Part shown: positions 13,816 through 27,700 of the stretch, in pieces
Layout: each line of letters opens with the position of its first letter
Position numbering within the stretch: the stretch's first letter is position 1
Assembly: GCF_022539665.2 (NCBI RefSeq)
Contig: NC_081331.1
Coordinates: forward strand, 13,950,001 to 14,014,000
DNA: 64,000 nt
Origin: Daphnia carinata
Taxonomy: Eukaryota
Direction: 5' to 3'
Translations under genes and position numbers: made by a program
The notes under the pieces: generated by a model
Database searches by the model: none
What the model was told of the DNA's origin: nothing
What the model saw: the letters and a program-made list of their open reading frames with translations, nothing else

Positions 13816-14593
13816 GTTGTACTCGGTTGATTTGATAAACAACTGATGGTTTCGGTCCTCGGTGTTTGTGCTTATATAGTGGAGTGAATGGCATAGAACA
13901 TGCAGCTGACCTAGTTGTTTTGCAGCCAGTTTCGTTCAAGTAGTATAGGTTTGGGCGTTGTGCAAAAAAATAGCTCACACTCTCACTTTTCACACTAGCC
14001 ACATTTACAGATTCTTTTGGCTGATACGTGTTTTCTTTTCATTCTCTTCGATTGTGAGATTGGAACTGAATATTGATAACCCATGATCAAGCAATTATTC
14101 ATTATTGCTCAATTTTCTTTATGGGCAAGTCCTTGTCAAGCTGTCAGTTTAAAGTAAAAGCAGTGGTATAAAAAACAAATGATTTTACTGTGTCATTTAA
14201 TTTTCGTTATCTCAGCAAGCCACACTTGCTGTATTTATGAACTGTAAATAAAAATGAAATCTGTTTGAATTGAATCTACGTTTATACCTCAATACTATTT
14301 GATATTGACTATGGGTTTACAGAAAGCAATGAAGCACTGACCACCAGCGTATTGGTTTTACTGCCTCTTCTTTAATGCAATCATCTCATTTGCATGGGAA
14401 TGAATGTGATCTAGTTTTAGCCTGGAATGCAAACTTTAATTCACCACCAAAGGACGGTGATCGTCACGTACAAAAAGTAGGTCAGGAAACGAAATGAAAT
14501 GGAAAACGACACACCCAGTTTCTTGCCGGCTATATAAACCCGTCTGAAGGTGAACGAAGACATCAGTCGTTCAACTCTTCAACTGTAGTCAAC

Positions 14594-15271
14594 ATGAAAT
14601 TTGTAAACTACATTTCTTTTGATTTTACTGGCTTACACAGTTTCATTATTTAACGAAAACTTTCTGTTTCTTTTCGTAGTTTGTCGTTGCCGCTTTCTTG
14701 GCCGTCGCTGCCGCAGCGCCTTCCAGCTACAAGCCGGAATACAAAGCTCCCAGCTACCCCGCTCCAGCCTACTCTGCACCAAGCTACAACAAGGATAACA
14801 AATACGCCGACATCACCGTCACCAGCCAATCTGATGAGCGCAACATCGATGGCAGTGGTGCATGGAGGTATTTCATCGCTTTTCAAAAATTCAACTTGAA
14901 CATTGAGGTTGCAATTTGCTTTAAACTGAAATTGTAATTTGTTTCTTAGCTACGCCCAGTCTGACTACACCACCCGTGACGAGTCCTACGCCCAGAAGAA
15001 ATTCCAAGGCAAAACCTACGACTCTTACGGCAAAGAATCGTACGGTGAAGTCCAGGGACACACCAACAAGGGATCTTCTTACTACATCTCCCCCGAAGGC
15101 CAGAAGATCACTTTGACCTGGGTTGCCGATGAGGGAGGTTTCCAGCCCAAGGGTGACCACTTGCCCGTCGCTCCCGTCCACGTCTACGAGCTCCCAGTAG
15201 CTCCCGTTCACGAATACGTTCTCCCCGTCGCACCCGCTCTGCCTTACAAACGCACCGGACTCGGCTACTAA
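14594..15271 (+). CDS. Cuticular protein A9 (CPR, RR-1-like)
   Basis: MKF mini-exon at 14594, intron 2 at 14868-14949, R&R motif; head-to-head with A8. Confidence 0.93.
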
Positions 15272-16785
15272 TTTGAATGATTTTGTGATTGAAATCTGTA
15301 TGTAAACGTGGAAGTCTAACTTATTGAAGTCAAATAAACGCAAACTATGTTCGATATCTGTTCAGCGTGATCGAATAGGATGTGGACAGTTAGGAAACAC
15401 ACACGTTATTGCTACGAAATCGAAAAGACCCAAACTCGGCCTAACGTAATGGCATTCTTACGATGCCGCTGTCCATTGTACGAAATGTATGGCCATCCTC
15501 ATCTCATTTGAGACGTGGGGTTCCCGTAGAGTGGTTATAATTCTTACACTGTAATCTGTTTCTCAGCGTTCGGTTTTCGCTACCACCTGATTTCTTTTTC
15601 CGTCCATAAAACTACAGGTATGGCATGTTACACAACAACTTACCCGATGATAGTCGCAGTCCTCGATCTAGTAGTACCATTTACTACAACATAAAGATCG
15701 AGTCCGTTAACTCAGTTCAGAACTTGTAGGTTATTGGTTAGACTTCTATCTGCAACCAGGTGGCCTGATATCGAGCAATGACTCTCTTCCATATACGCAA
15801 AACTCTTTTCTACATACAACATATTTACATAGCAGTTATTACTAATAGTAGTTAGGAGTAATGTCGAGTTTGATACGTTTAATTAACCTGCTTAACAGCC
15901 GTGGTAATTCTATGGTGGGATTGGCAAAGAAAAAAAAAATTTAACCACCTTTAAATGCAAGCCGCAATACAATATGGATCCAGAATCCTTGACTTTGACC
16001 TCCCATATATTTACCATCAAGCAGGATGTGAATTTTTTGTTTACTGGATTAACATGAAATGCCCAGTTTGAAACTGCTATTGGCATTCAAGGGGAAACCC
16101 AAACGATTGTCTGCGAAGCGAGTCGTGAGCGAAAGTCAAAGTCAGGGACGTCTGGAGGACCTTGCGCATTCTTCGATACTCGTTCGAAAACGCGGACGCG
16201 AGGTATGTCTTTGACTTTCGAAGAATTCGGCCGCAAAAACTGGGTCAGTCAGACTACTTTAAGCAAAACCTCAACACTTAATTATGCACTCCTGCCGGCC
16301 TTTAATTTTCCAAACAAGAGACACCCTCTTTTTCTCACGTAAAACAAGGAGTTCGTCCAGCTCGTACAAATTCATTCAAACTTACCTGTTTTACGGCCAT
16401 TGCTTCTATGTCATTCCAATCTTTCATTGTTACGACACTTGTTCATTTAAAACGTGCGGATAAAAACTATTTAAATCTAAATTACAAAAACAGTTTTGTT
16501 TGGAAAATTCATTACGTTTTTTGTAAGAATAAAATTACTTATGGAAATCACAATTCGAAATGGGTGAAATCTCAATGAAAGGGAAAGGGCGTGATGAACT
16601 CCCGCTGAGCGACAGATAACTTGGCGTCGAGAGTGAAAATGCCAATCGTTCAGTGTTCTGTGAATGTAAAGAAAAACTGGGTCGACAAGCGGAGGCGTCC
16701 AAGTGTCCATCCCACCTTTGACTATAAAAACATGAGCCTGGCCAACGCAAACCATCAGTCTACAAGCCTATCACTCACCGTCAAC

Positions 16786-17375
16786 ATGAAACTGGTAAGC
16801 TTCAAAATCGTAAGAGTTTATGATTTAAAAAAATTCATACTGCAATGTTTCATTTTTGTTTCAAGTTCTTGATTGCTGTTGTCTTGGCTGTTGCCTCCGC
16901 CACTCCATCCAGCTACAAGAAGGAGTACAAAGCTCCTGAAATTACTATCGTCAGCCAATCGGACGTGCGCAATCTCGATGGAAGCAGCGCATGGAGGTAA
17001 AATCCTGTTTCGCTATTCTTTCGCACTTCAATTTTGATGCGTACCATCAATTGCTAACGGATGGTTAATGTTTGTAGCTATGCTGGATCTGATGGAACTA
17101 CCCGTGACGAGTCTCAGGCCCAAAAGAAATTCGTCGTGACCACCGTCGATTCTTACGGCAAGGAAATCAAACAGGAAGTCTTTGGTAACACCAACAAAGG
17201 AAAGTCCTATTGGATTTCTCCAGAAGGCCAACGATTTACTTTGACTTGGGCCGCTGATGACGCCGGATTCCAACCCAAAGGTGATCACTTGCCCGTTGCT
17301 CCCGTTCACGTCTACGAGCTTCCCGTTGCCCCCGTCCACATCCCTTTCAACGGAAAGGGCTACAAGATTTACTAG
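16786..17375 (+). CDS. Cuticular protein A10 (CPR, RR-1-like)
   Basis: MKL mini-exon, AAG acceptor for exon 2, intron 2 at 16997-17077, [32 protein letters not shown]. Confidence 0.92.
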
Positions 17376-18200
17376 ATTCCCTTTTCCTACAAGAAACTCC
17401 GCATAAATTATTTTTGTGTATCTATAGCAGAATGACTTTAATGTGAATAAACGTAGATGCAAATTCATTTGATTTTGGTCTCCATCTGTTCAAAATCAAG
17501 TATAATATTACGAAAATCGCAGCAGATTGTGACAAAGGGAAGTGACACAAAAGGCGCTTCCAAACACTCTTTCTGCTAATACACATTGTAGGCTGCTCTA
17601 AGCTGTTTGTTCAAGTTATAAGATTGAATTAAAAGCAATCAGTTCTATATGAACTGTAAACTTAACTGATGAATTTTTCGCCATCTTCGCTTTATTCTTA
17701 GAATTATAAAATTCTACCTTGCAGTTTAAGCTTCTTGTCTATCAAAATATCATGCAGTACAACAGATGCGAAAAGAAAAACTTGTTGTGCGCTAAACAAA
17801 TCGCAAATGTAATCAGCCCGAAAATTACCTGCCACCTTGACGATCAGACAAAGTGCAGGTAACAATTGCAAGACAAATATTGCCCGTTTAAGGACGTTAG
17901 TAGTAGAACTGAGACACGACATACATTCTTTAGCCGATAAGGGAAAACACATACATTGTCTCGCATTTTCTCTTCGGCACAAACCCGTTTCAATCTACCT
18001 GTCTTTACTTGTAAGACTGGCAGAAATTGAACGAGGAGAAAGTACGCCTTTCAAAACAATACCCAATAAAACAACTATTCATGTATGCTTTTGCATCTAC
18101 TGTGTTTATTCGCAACAACACATTCAATGTTATGCCGAGAAAGAACGTATAGGAAATAATTTATATGTATACATCTAAATCAGTTAAAAAAGAAAAGAAT

Positions 18201-18831
18201 CTAGTAGATCTTGAAGCCTTTGCCGTTGAAGGGGATGTGGACGGGAGCAACGGGGAGGACATATTCGTGAACGGGAGCAACTGGGAGTTCGTAAACGTGG
18301 ACGGGAGCAACGGGCAAGTGGTCACCCTTGGGAGCGAAACCGGCCTCATCGGCAGCCCAGGTCAAAGTGAATCGCTCGCCTTCTGGGGAGATCCAGTAGG
18401 AAGCTCCCTTGTTGGTGTTGCCGTAAACATCCTCGTTGGTTTCCTTGCCGTAATCATCGACCTTAGTGACGACGAATTTCTTCTGGGCCTGGGATTCACC
18501 GCGGGTGGTTCCATCAGAACCACCGTAGCTATAAATAACGGAAGATAATTTATACATCTGAGAATGTTGAATGCATGAAAGGTGTTATGATTGCATACCT
18601 CCACTGGCTGCTGCCATCGAGATTACGGACATCGGATTGGCTCACGATGGTGATAACGGGCTTCTCGGTGGTGTAAGCATCCTTTGAGTAGCTGGAAGGA
18701 GCAGCGGCAGCAACGGCCAAGAGAGCGGCGATGATGAACTGTAAAAAAAAATGTAGATGAGCCCATTTCGAATTCATTTGTTCGTAGTTGGAAAGAAATT
18801 ATCGTTTGGCTGTTTTGCTTACCAGCTTCAT
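18201..18831 (-). CDS. Cuticular protein A11 (CPR, RR-1-like)
   Basis: Three-exon structure with signal peptide FIIAALLAVAAA and the R&R motif in exon 3. Confidence 0.92.
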
Positions 18832-20072
18832 GTTGATTCTGGTTGTTGGTGTTTGGATGACTGACGCTCTTGTTTCGCCGAACGTGAGTTTATATAGTCG
18901 ACGAGGTGAAGGGCAAAGTAAAATTCGAGTGACCTAGTTATCTCGTTACAAGACGCAAGATTGGATAGCAACGGTGCCATATACTAGGAGAGAAACAGGC
19001 TCTCACTTTCTTTCCCAAAGGTGGCCAATGCTATATATGTTTATTTAAATATGCATATCTTGTTTGTCATCGTTTCTTAGTAGCCACTACTGGCTAGAGG
19101 GCAATAAATTTCCACTTTTTTTCCCAAGGTCTGTTCGTCTAAAAGAAAACGATACCCCACTGCGCGATGACAACATTTTACTATTGCTATTTTTTAAATC
19201 ATATGTCAGAATCCTGTCTTAGAAACTTGGCTTTATGGCGACTTCAGCGTAAATTTGAAACAAGTGAAGGTCCTAACAGGGACTGTCTACCTTGACAATT
19301 GATCTGAACCAAAGTTCGATATGATCTTAGTTTGTGAAAACTATAGAGAAAATAAATCCAAATTCACGTAAGCAATGTATTAACGATATGCATCTTTGCC
19401 AGCCACAGCAGCAGATGTTAACTGTGGCTAGAGTTGAATCGGATTAAGCTGCCAACTAATCACGTTTTTCAACTTGAACTACATGTAGTCGTGGCAGTGA
19501 CACGAAAAACTGCGCATTAATTAGCTTCACTCTATGGTTCATTGTTTGAGTTCAATTCCTTAATATGGTAAACTTTCTACCAAGTTAAATAGCGTCATGC
19601 AAATGAACCACTCTTGCAATTCAATGATCATGTTCTATTTCTTTTTATTATTTCTTGTTCCTTGTTTAAGAAGATGTGTATTTTTCGTTCTATGTAAAAT
19701 ATTACATTTAAATGATCTCTTGACTGTCAATGACCCTATCAGAAAAATGCTAAACGATCGCTATTCGAAAATTTACATTTAAGGACATGGACAGAGAAAA
19801 TAAAATCAAGAATCCTAGTATAGTTATTTGTTTTCTGCGACATATCCAAATAAGTAGATACCCATAACAGTGGTGAAATTTAAATCAACAATGGTAATCG
19901 TACGAAACCGCACGCATAGGTTTTACCCAAGACGACGCGATTTTGGGAGTCTGTTCCCAAGAACTGGGTCATCAATCGAAAGCACTCAAAGAACCCACCT
20001 TTCTCTGTCTATATAAACCCTGTTGCAGCCTATCCTAGGCATCAGTTGTTCAATTCATCAGATAAACTCAAC

Positions 20073-20749
20073 ATGAAGCTGGTAGGAGCCATCATTCATT
20101 TTTTTTTTATCCACGGCTGCCCATCAACGTCGTACTGAAACGTTTTCTACATTTTTTCTTTAGTTCTTGATCGCCGCTGTCTTGGCCGTTGCCGCCGCTG
20201 CTCCTTCCAGCTACTAGACCGAGGAGAAGAAATACGAAAAGGACTACAAATACCCAGAGATCGTCGTCACCAGCCAATCTGATGAGCGCAATCTCGATGG
20301 AAGCAGCCAATGGAAGTAAGTTTGATACCTGATCACTTAGTCGCTCATTTTCTGGAGAAAAAAGGATTTTTGACTAAACCAACGTTTCCTAATGCAGCTA
20401 CGCCCAATCCGACTACGCCACCCGCGCTGAATCCCAGGCCCAGAAGAAATTCGTCGTCACCAAAGTCGATGACTATGGCAAAGAAACCAAAGAGGAAGTC
20501 TACGGTAACACCAACCAGGGATCTTCTTACTGGGTTTCACCTGAAGGCGAGAAATTCACTTTGACCTGGGTCGCTGATGACGCTGGATTCAAGCCCAAGG
20601 GTGACCATTTGCCCGTCCCTCCCGTCCACGTTTACGAACTCCCAGTTGCTCCCGTCCACGTCTACGAGCTCCCAGTCGCCCCCGTCCACGAATACGTTCT
20701 CCCCGTTGCCCCCGCTCTCCCCTACTCCCGCACTGGACTCGGTTATTAA
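20073..20749 (+). pseudogene. Cuticular protein A12 with in-frame nonsense codon (pseudogene, null allele or sequencing error)
   Basis: Exon 2 (20164-20315) reads ...TCC AGC TAC TAG ACC GAG GAG, with TAG at 20215-20217 where paralogs A14 and A19 have AAG. The rest of the gene is intact. Confidence 0.85.
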
Positions 20750-22314
20750 ATTAGCCTCTTTACGTTAGACACATCAAGATCGTGTTCCAAATCCTAACTA
20801 GGCCAATTTATTTATTACAGTCATAAATATACCGAAATAATCTCGTAAAATTCTATGGTGATTTGTTACGTTTCTCATTTGCACATCTGGGCAGGACGAG
20901 GCACATCATTGTACACGTTTACCTGTCGTAATTTACCAAATTTAATTTGGGTTTCTGTGAAAGAGCAGAAAATAATGAAACGTTATTAACTATAGCCACT
21001 CAGACTATCGTGCAGCACTCGGCCAAATATCTGATGCAACCGTGAGGATCAATTACAGATAGGGCATCCGCGGCTATGGTATCACTAGTCTTTCTGGCAT
21101 ACGATGAAATTCCATGCGTTTTCGTCCCTTTTGAGTTTTTCTCGTCTTGATAATAGAAATGTGTTTGATATTCATCCAACAACTCACAAATGTAAATTTA
21201 AATAGTCAAAAACACTGGGCGTGTTCGAACCGGCTGTTGCTCGATGGTACCATTAAAACTGCTAGAGGGGATCAATTTCGTTCTAACGCAGCAAATAAGA
21301 AAAAAATCGAAAGTTTACATGCACGTAACGCTTGTACAGTTATCGTAAGCGAAAACGCTACCCTACGTTTCTATTCATCAGCTTGGAGCATGTAATTATT
21401 TGCCATGTTGATTTGTTTTCTTCTAAAAAGAGAAACGAGTTTTCGAACAACAGTTGTACCACACAATTGAATGTCTATTGGAATGTGACCTTCAGCTACG
21501 CATTTATCGCAAATAAATAGATAATGAGAACATGTGCGTAATATTGAGTTTTTGTTTCACTGAAATGCCATCGGCATGGATGAACACTAAAGCGCCCACC
21601 GCAATTTTGCGGAACCCATTCATATAGGTGAAAGTCATGGACGTTTGAAGGGCATGGCAGTTATTACAGCAAACGATGCAAGTGATTTGAAAATAAATAA
21701 ATGTGGTGGGTTTGGCGCAACGATTGACGAGGAATTTCGGGCAGACAATTGGGTCAGTGTAGGAGAAAGCCACAGGTAAGTCGACCGTAGGAGGGAGGCT
21801 ACGTCAGACCAAAAATATTGCAAAAAAAAAGGCTTGAGGGATCCCTGGTGTTTCGTTGGCAGAACCCACTTTGCGAAATGTTTTTTTCCCTAGTCAAGTC
21901 TGGCATTTTTATTGCCATTGTAGTCAAGGAAATTTATTCCAATTCATTTTCTGTTACGTGACAGTTTGCCGACTTGCAAATGGCAGTCCGCCAACGTTAG
22001 TGATATGGAGTATAGCCTGAGAGGAACTCAAGTATTAATGTATATAAATAAAACATAAAGTGAAAGGAGACGTCAATGCTATAAAGAAGTAAGAGGAGAC
22101 AAAAAAAAAAATGTTATGTGGTAGGAACAAAAAAAAACATCCCACATCAAAGACTGGCAATAAAATGAAAATTCACGGAGCGGGCAAACAATTTCTCCGT
22201 CACTTCTAGTTCTAGGTCAAGAGCAGGTTGCTGTCTTTTGTTCACGTATAAATATGAGATCTGATCATGCAAAATAGTATCAGTTACATTCCAACTAACC
22301 GACCTACAACAACC

Positions 22315-22998
22315 ATGAAGCTGGTGAGTTCCATTGGCGTGCCCAAACGTTTGTTTTCATTTTCCTCTTGTAAATTTGAAAAATTGGATGATCAAGAAGA
22401 TATAAATTCTCATTCTAACCGTCAATGAATTACGAATTATATAGTTCATCATTGCCGCTGTCTTGGCCGTCGCTGCCGCCGCTCCTTCCAGCTACAAGGC
22501 TTACGAGAAGGACTACAAATATCCTGAAATCACCGTCACCAGCCAATCCGATGAGCGTAATCTCGATGGCAGCAGCAAATGGAAGTAAGTGCAATTTCAA
22601 TTTTCACTATTAACATTAAGTTATACTTGAAAAGTATAACTTTCTAAATCATGCGCTTGTCGTCTTACAGCTACGCCCAGTCTGACTACACTACCCGTGA
22701 GGAATCCCAGCAGCAAAAGAAATTCATCGTCACCAAAGTCGATGACTATGGCAAAGAAACCAAAGAGGATGTCTATGGCAACACCAACAAAGGATCTTCC
22801 TACTGGATCTCTCCCGAAGGCGAGAAACTTACTTTGACCTGGGCTGCCGATGAGGCCGGTTTCCAACCCGCTGGTGCTCATTTGCCAGTCGCTCCCGTCC
22901 ACGTCTACGAGCTCCCAGTTGCTCCCGTCCATGAATACGAACTCCCCGTTGCCCCCGTCCACATTCCCTTCAACGGAAAGGGCTACAAAATCTATTAA
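22315..22998 (+). CDS. Cuticular protein A13 (CPR, RR-1-like)
   Basis: MKL mini-exon, intron 2 at 22585-22670, GSSYWISPEGEKLTLTWAADEAGFQPAGAHLP. Confidence 0.92.
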
Positions 22999-24126
22999 AT
23001 TATTGTGATTGTTCCTTGAGAAAAGAATACTATATCAAATAAATATGGCATGTTAAATACATGCCAACGCTCTACCATCAACGACACGTTTCACACTTTT
23101 ATTTGGATCGTTAACTAGCAGCGTGGAACACTAAGTTTCTCCGAAATCCTTCGTAATTATACCACCCATTTTCCGTTTCAACATCTTCATTGAATCTTCC
23201 GATTTGAAGGCATAATGAAAAGGATTGCACTGACCTTATTTTTTCACTTAAAAGCCAAATGACGCATGTTTTTTTTTCAGCAAGAAAGGATTGCAATGTT
23301 TAAGGATATGTTTCATCTTTTCTTTCCATTACTGGAACTTTAAAAGTGAATCAAGCATGTATTCTACTGAGCGTGACATGATGTGGGGTTTAAACTTCTG
23401 AACGAAAACCCGATCACATCGCAATCTTATGATTCGCTTAAGTTGATGCGAAAATGTTCCAAGACTTTATCGTACTCATCCTCCATTTGTACGATTTGCA
23501 GTAAAAAAGCAAAATTACCACAGTAACATTTTCCTTACCGTTACCCTCCCCTACGCAGGTTGGAACATATTTCAACGTTGCTACATTTTTACGAAGCCTT
23601 TCTCAGAAAGCGCCAACATTGAGAGGAAGGACATGCACGGAGGCATTCTATTTCGAGCCCACACCCCAGAAATGTTCATTACCAAAGTACTTCCTGGAAT
23701 CAAAGTGACCCTGAAAATCATTCTCATTTGACGGTTGCTAAGAGTGTCGGTAGCATCCGTTTCCTAGTGCTGCTAAAAACGTTTCGGGCTTTGTTTCGCA
23801 TTCCCAGCAATTGGGGTACTGGACATCAGTGGCATCGAAATGCTGAACTCGACAACACTCGCGTGAAAGTAGTGGAGAAGTTAAGAGGTGGACAATTTCC
23901 CAGCACAAGTAAGTCGTCAATATCGAATGTTCATTGAAAATTATATCTACCTGTACTTTCTTTAAACTTAGTTTGTAGTGTGCAACAGTTGGATAGAAAG
24001 TAATCAGTGTGCGTAAGATTTGGTAGACTTTACTGCGTTTGTATTTACACCAACATATTCACAACAATTGCGGAGAATATATTAGTAAGGTGGACAACAT
24101 CAATAACGTTTTGATAATTTAATAAT

Positions 24127-24817
24127 TTAATAACCGAGTCCGGTACGAGAGTAGGGGAGAGCTGGGGCAACGGGGAGAACGTATTCGTGGACGGGGGCAA
24201 CGGGGAGCTCGTAGACGTGAACGGGAGCAACTGGGAGCTCGTAGACGTGGACGGGAGCGACGGGCAAATGGTCACCCTTGGGCTTGAATCCAGCATCATC
24301 AGCGACCCAGGTCAAAGTGAATTTCTCGCCTTCAGGTGAAACCCAGTAAGAAGATCCCTGGTTGGTGTTACCGTAGACTTCCTCCTTGGTTTCTTTGCCA
24401 TAGTCATCGACTTTGGTGACGACGAATTTCTTCTGGGCCTGGGATTCAGCGCGGGTGGCGTAGTCGGATTGGGCGTAGCTGCATTAGGAAACGTTGGTTT
24501 ATTCAATAATCGTTTTTCCTCCAGAAAATGAGCTGCTAAGTGATCAGGTATCAAACTTACCTCCAGTGGCTGCTGCCATCCAGATTGCGGACATCAGATT
24601 GGTTGGTGACGACGATCTCTGGGTATTTGTAGTCCTTCTCGTATTTCTTCTCCTCGGTCTTGTAACCGGAAGGAGCGGCGACGGCAACAGCCAAGACAGC
24701 GGCGATGATAAACTGCAATAAGAACATGTTAACTTAGTCAAACTGAAAGAGGATTCAAGTTCGTTGTTGGTTGGATTGAATGAAATGTCTTATCGTTTTA
24801 GCGCTTACCAGTTTCAT
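24127..24817 (-). CDS. Cuticular protein A14 (CPR, RR-1-like)
   Basis: Three exons, intron 2 at 24479-24560, YKTEEKKYEKDYKYPE N-terminus, R&R motif, three tail units. Confidence 0.92.
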
Positions 24818-25944
24818 GTTGAATTCGGTTGTTGTACAACTGATAGTTTTAGATCCGCCACCCGTGAGTTTATATAGTCGAGTGAAGGGAAATATGAGGT
24901 ACGTTTGTTTGTGACCTACTTGTCGAAAGGACATGTATAGTTTCCTTTATCGGTTTAGTAACAGAAACACTTGTGACGCAAGCCTTGCCCACGGGAAGCG
25001 GACAGTATTTCTTTGATGCTTTTCATTCTCTTACACAGACATTCATTGCATCTCTAATTCGACAATTTGTCTAACCTGACATGTTTTTTGAAAGGTAACC
25101 AACAGAAATACTTTCGCTGTACCCCCGATCGAATTGGAACCTTCGTTTTTTGAGTACATTATGTCTGTTTTGGGTAGACTTGCTTTGTTCTTCATTATAG
25201 TTGTATCAGTTAGGATGATACCATTCACCGATTTCTAAATGGCATTTACGGAAATGCTGATTTCGTATAGTAAATCATTCAACTTCGTCTTGAATAGTAT
25301 TCCATTTTTACGTGAAAGCCTTGCTTGTTGACCTACTTTTTTTTGTAGCCAGAAGTCAATGTTTTTTTTTATTGACTCTACTTTCAATTGTTGAATAGAT
25401 TAGTCTAAGGCGTCGACCTTGCGAAAAACCCACCGCATTGCAAGAGTGATACAATTGGTTCTGGTTTTCCATTAGAGGTGAACAGGTACATGCATTTGTT
25501 TTTGCGAATCCTGTTCAACCAGCCCATAGAAGCCATTTGCTGTCCTCGAGTTTTGCATAGTCAGTCGTAATCTAGACCTAGACCTATATCCGTCAACGTG
25601 GAAACATTAGTATAAACTATTGTTTGCATGATGGAGCAGCTTTGATTTTACGACAATCGCCTGTACAACAATTGATGTTAGGAAGGCCGAAAATTTGTCG
25701 TGACGTTACAAGTCACTTTGCATTCAAACACCTTGATATGCGTTTGAACACGTTGATATACTTATCTGTCTTTCATCATTCGTTTGTTGAACTTAACTCA
25801 GTATCTGCTAAATGTTTTTGAAGTAATAGTAACGTAGGCCAAACTTAGGCTGTTTGCATTTTATTATTTACAAGGAGTTGATAAATATTGTAGACAGAAT
25901 ACGTCATAGTCGGAAAACTGATTACACTAATTAACGATACTTAT

Positions 25945-26643
25945 TTAGTAAATCTTGTAGCCCTTTCCGTTGAAGGGAATGTGGACTGGGGCAACGGGGA
26001 GAACGTATTCGTGAACGGGGGCAACGGGCAAGACGTATTCGTGGACGGGGGCAACTGGGAGTTCGTAGACGTGGACGGGAGCAACGGGCAAGTGGTCACC
26101 CTTGGGTTGGAAACCAGCCTCATCGGCAACCCAGGTCAAAGTGAATTTCTCACCTTCGGGAGAGATCCAGTAGGAAGATCCCTTGTTGGTGTTACCGTAG
26201 ACGTCCTCCTTGGTTTCTTTGCCATAGTCATCGACTTTGGTGACGACGAATTTCTTCTGGGCCTGGGATTCAGCGCGGGTGGCGTAGTCGGATTGGGCGT
26301 AGCTGTATCGGAAAACGTTAGTTTAGTCAAAATCCTTTTTTCTTCGGAAAATGAGCGAGCAAATGATTAGGTTTCAAACTTACTTCCATTGGCTGCTTCC
26401 GTCGAGATTGCGTTCATCAGATTGGCCGGTGACGACGATCTCTGGGTATTTGTAGTCCTTCTCGTATTTCTTCTCGTACGTGGGGTAGCTGGAAGGAGCG
26501 GCGGCGGCAACGGCCAAGACAGCGGCGATAATGAACTGTTAAAAAGAAAATACGTTTAGTTGAAAAATATCTTGATATTTGAATTGTTTTAAAGGATTGT
26601 GGAGAAATAGGAATCCTTTGTTTTTTTTGCGTACCAGCTTCAT
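25945..26643 (-). CDS. Cuticular protein A15 (CPR, RR-1-like)
   Basis: Three exons, R&R motif, three tail units, HIPFNGKGYKIY end. Confidence 0.92.
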
Positions 26644-27700
26644 GTTGAGTTTGTTTGGTTGTATTGATCAACTGATGCTTTCCTTCTCCAACGTGTGCCC
26701 TTATATACCTGGCTAGGGGAACGCCTAGACTAGGATGGGTGTGACCCAGTAGTCACGTATAAGAACGTGTTTCTTAAGGGTGCCATACTTTAGAAAAGAA
26801 CAACACTCTCTCTTTCATAAACCCTCGTTTGCATATGCCTTTATATGCGTATTCGTCCACTCTTGTGATTTTCGACTATTAGGAATTTTAGATAGTTAAA
26901 GGCTACAAAGGATAAATGTCAATCATTCTATTTCTTTGAGGATAACGCGAAAAAGTTTTGCAATATACGATCGAAGTTTCGTCAATTCGTTATCCGTTTA
27001 TTATATGCTGTAAAAGTAGATGGAGCACGCGAGTTCGAGATACAGGTCCGGCACAGGGATTAAAGCCATCCTGTTTTAAAAGCATTTAAATTACTGGTCG
27101 GTTTTTTTAGTTATCGTCAGGAACACCCCACGCCCCAACTATTGCAAAATTATGTAAAGCTAGAGACACAAATATCTTATGCTATTTGATTGGGTTCACT
27201 GTGTTAATAGAGTTGTTTGGTGCGTTCCATTTGGCTGGACAAGTTTCGAAACCGCATTTCAGTTGAGAGATTAAATTTGCATAGAATTTTACATTGCTTT
27301 CGATTTTTTAAGTAGCTCTGTTTAGCAAAAATTATCCCCCGCCCAATATTAGTGAATCTTAAAATTATATGCTACTGACGTGTCTAATCTAACTTTGCTC
27401 AGTTTGATTGACTCATTGTAGTTACTAGTAAATGCAATGAGATTCTGTTTTCATTGGATGTCGAGTTTAATTGCAGGCTTAATCCTTAAGTAATAACATT
27501 CTTCGTTAAATTTTCCGTAACGTGGTAATTGATAGGTACTGAATGAATGTAATGTGTACGACATTCCACATTCGCATCATTCGAGAACATAGAAGAGTAA
27601 AACGAATTTTTGATGTGCGATAGTTTATATTTACACCACCTGCTTCATTGGCAATTCATCGAATACAGATGGATACAGTTCATATTTAAAGTCTTATAAT

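Noticed and set aside
17704..18178. 113-aa and 92-aa ORFs between convergent genes A10 and A11
   Set aside because: AT-rich, with no codon bias or domain. Consistent with chance ORFs.
8625..24560. Three unrelated intron-2 sequence families are each 82 nt long
   Set aside because: This is within the narrow short-intron size range seen across the window (about 60-95 nt), so coincidence or shared ancestry suffices.
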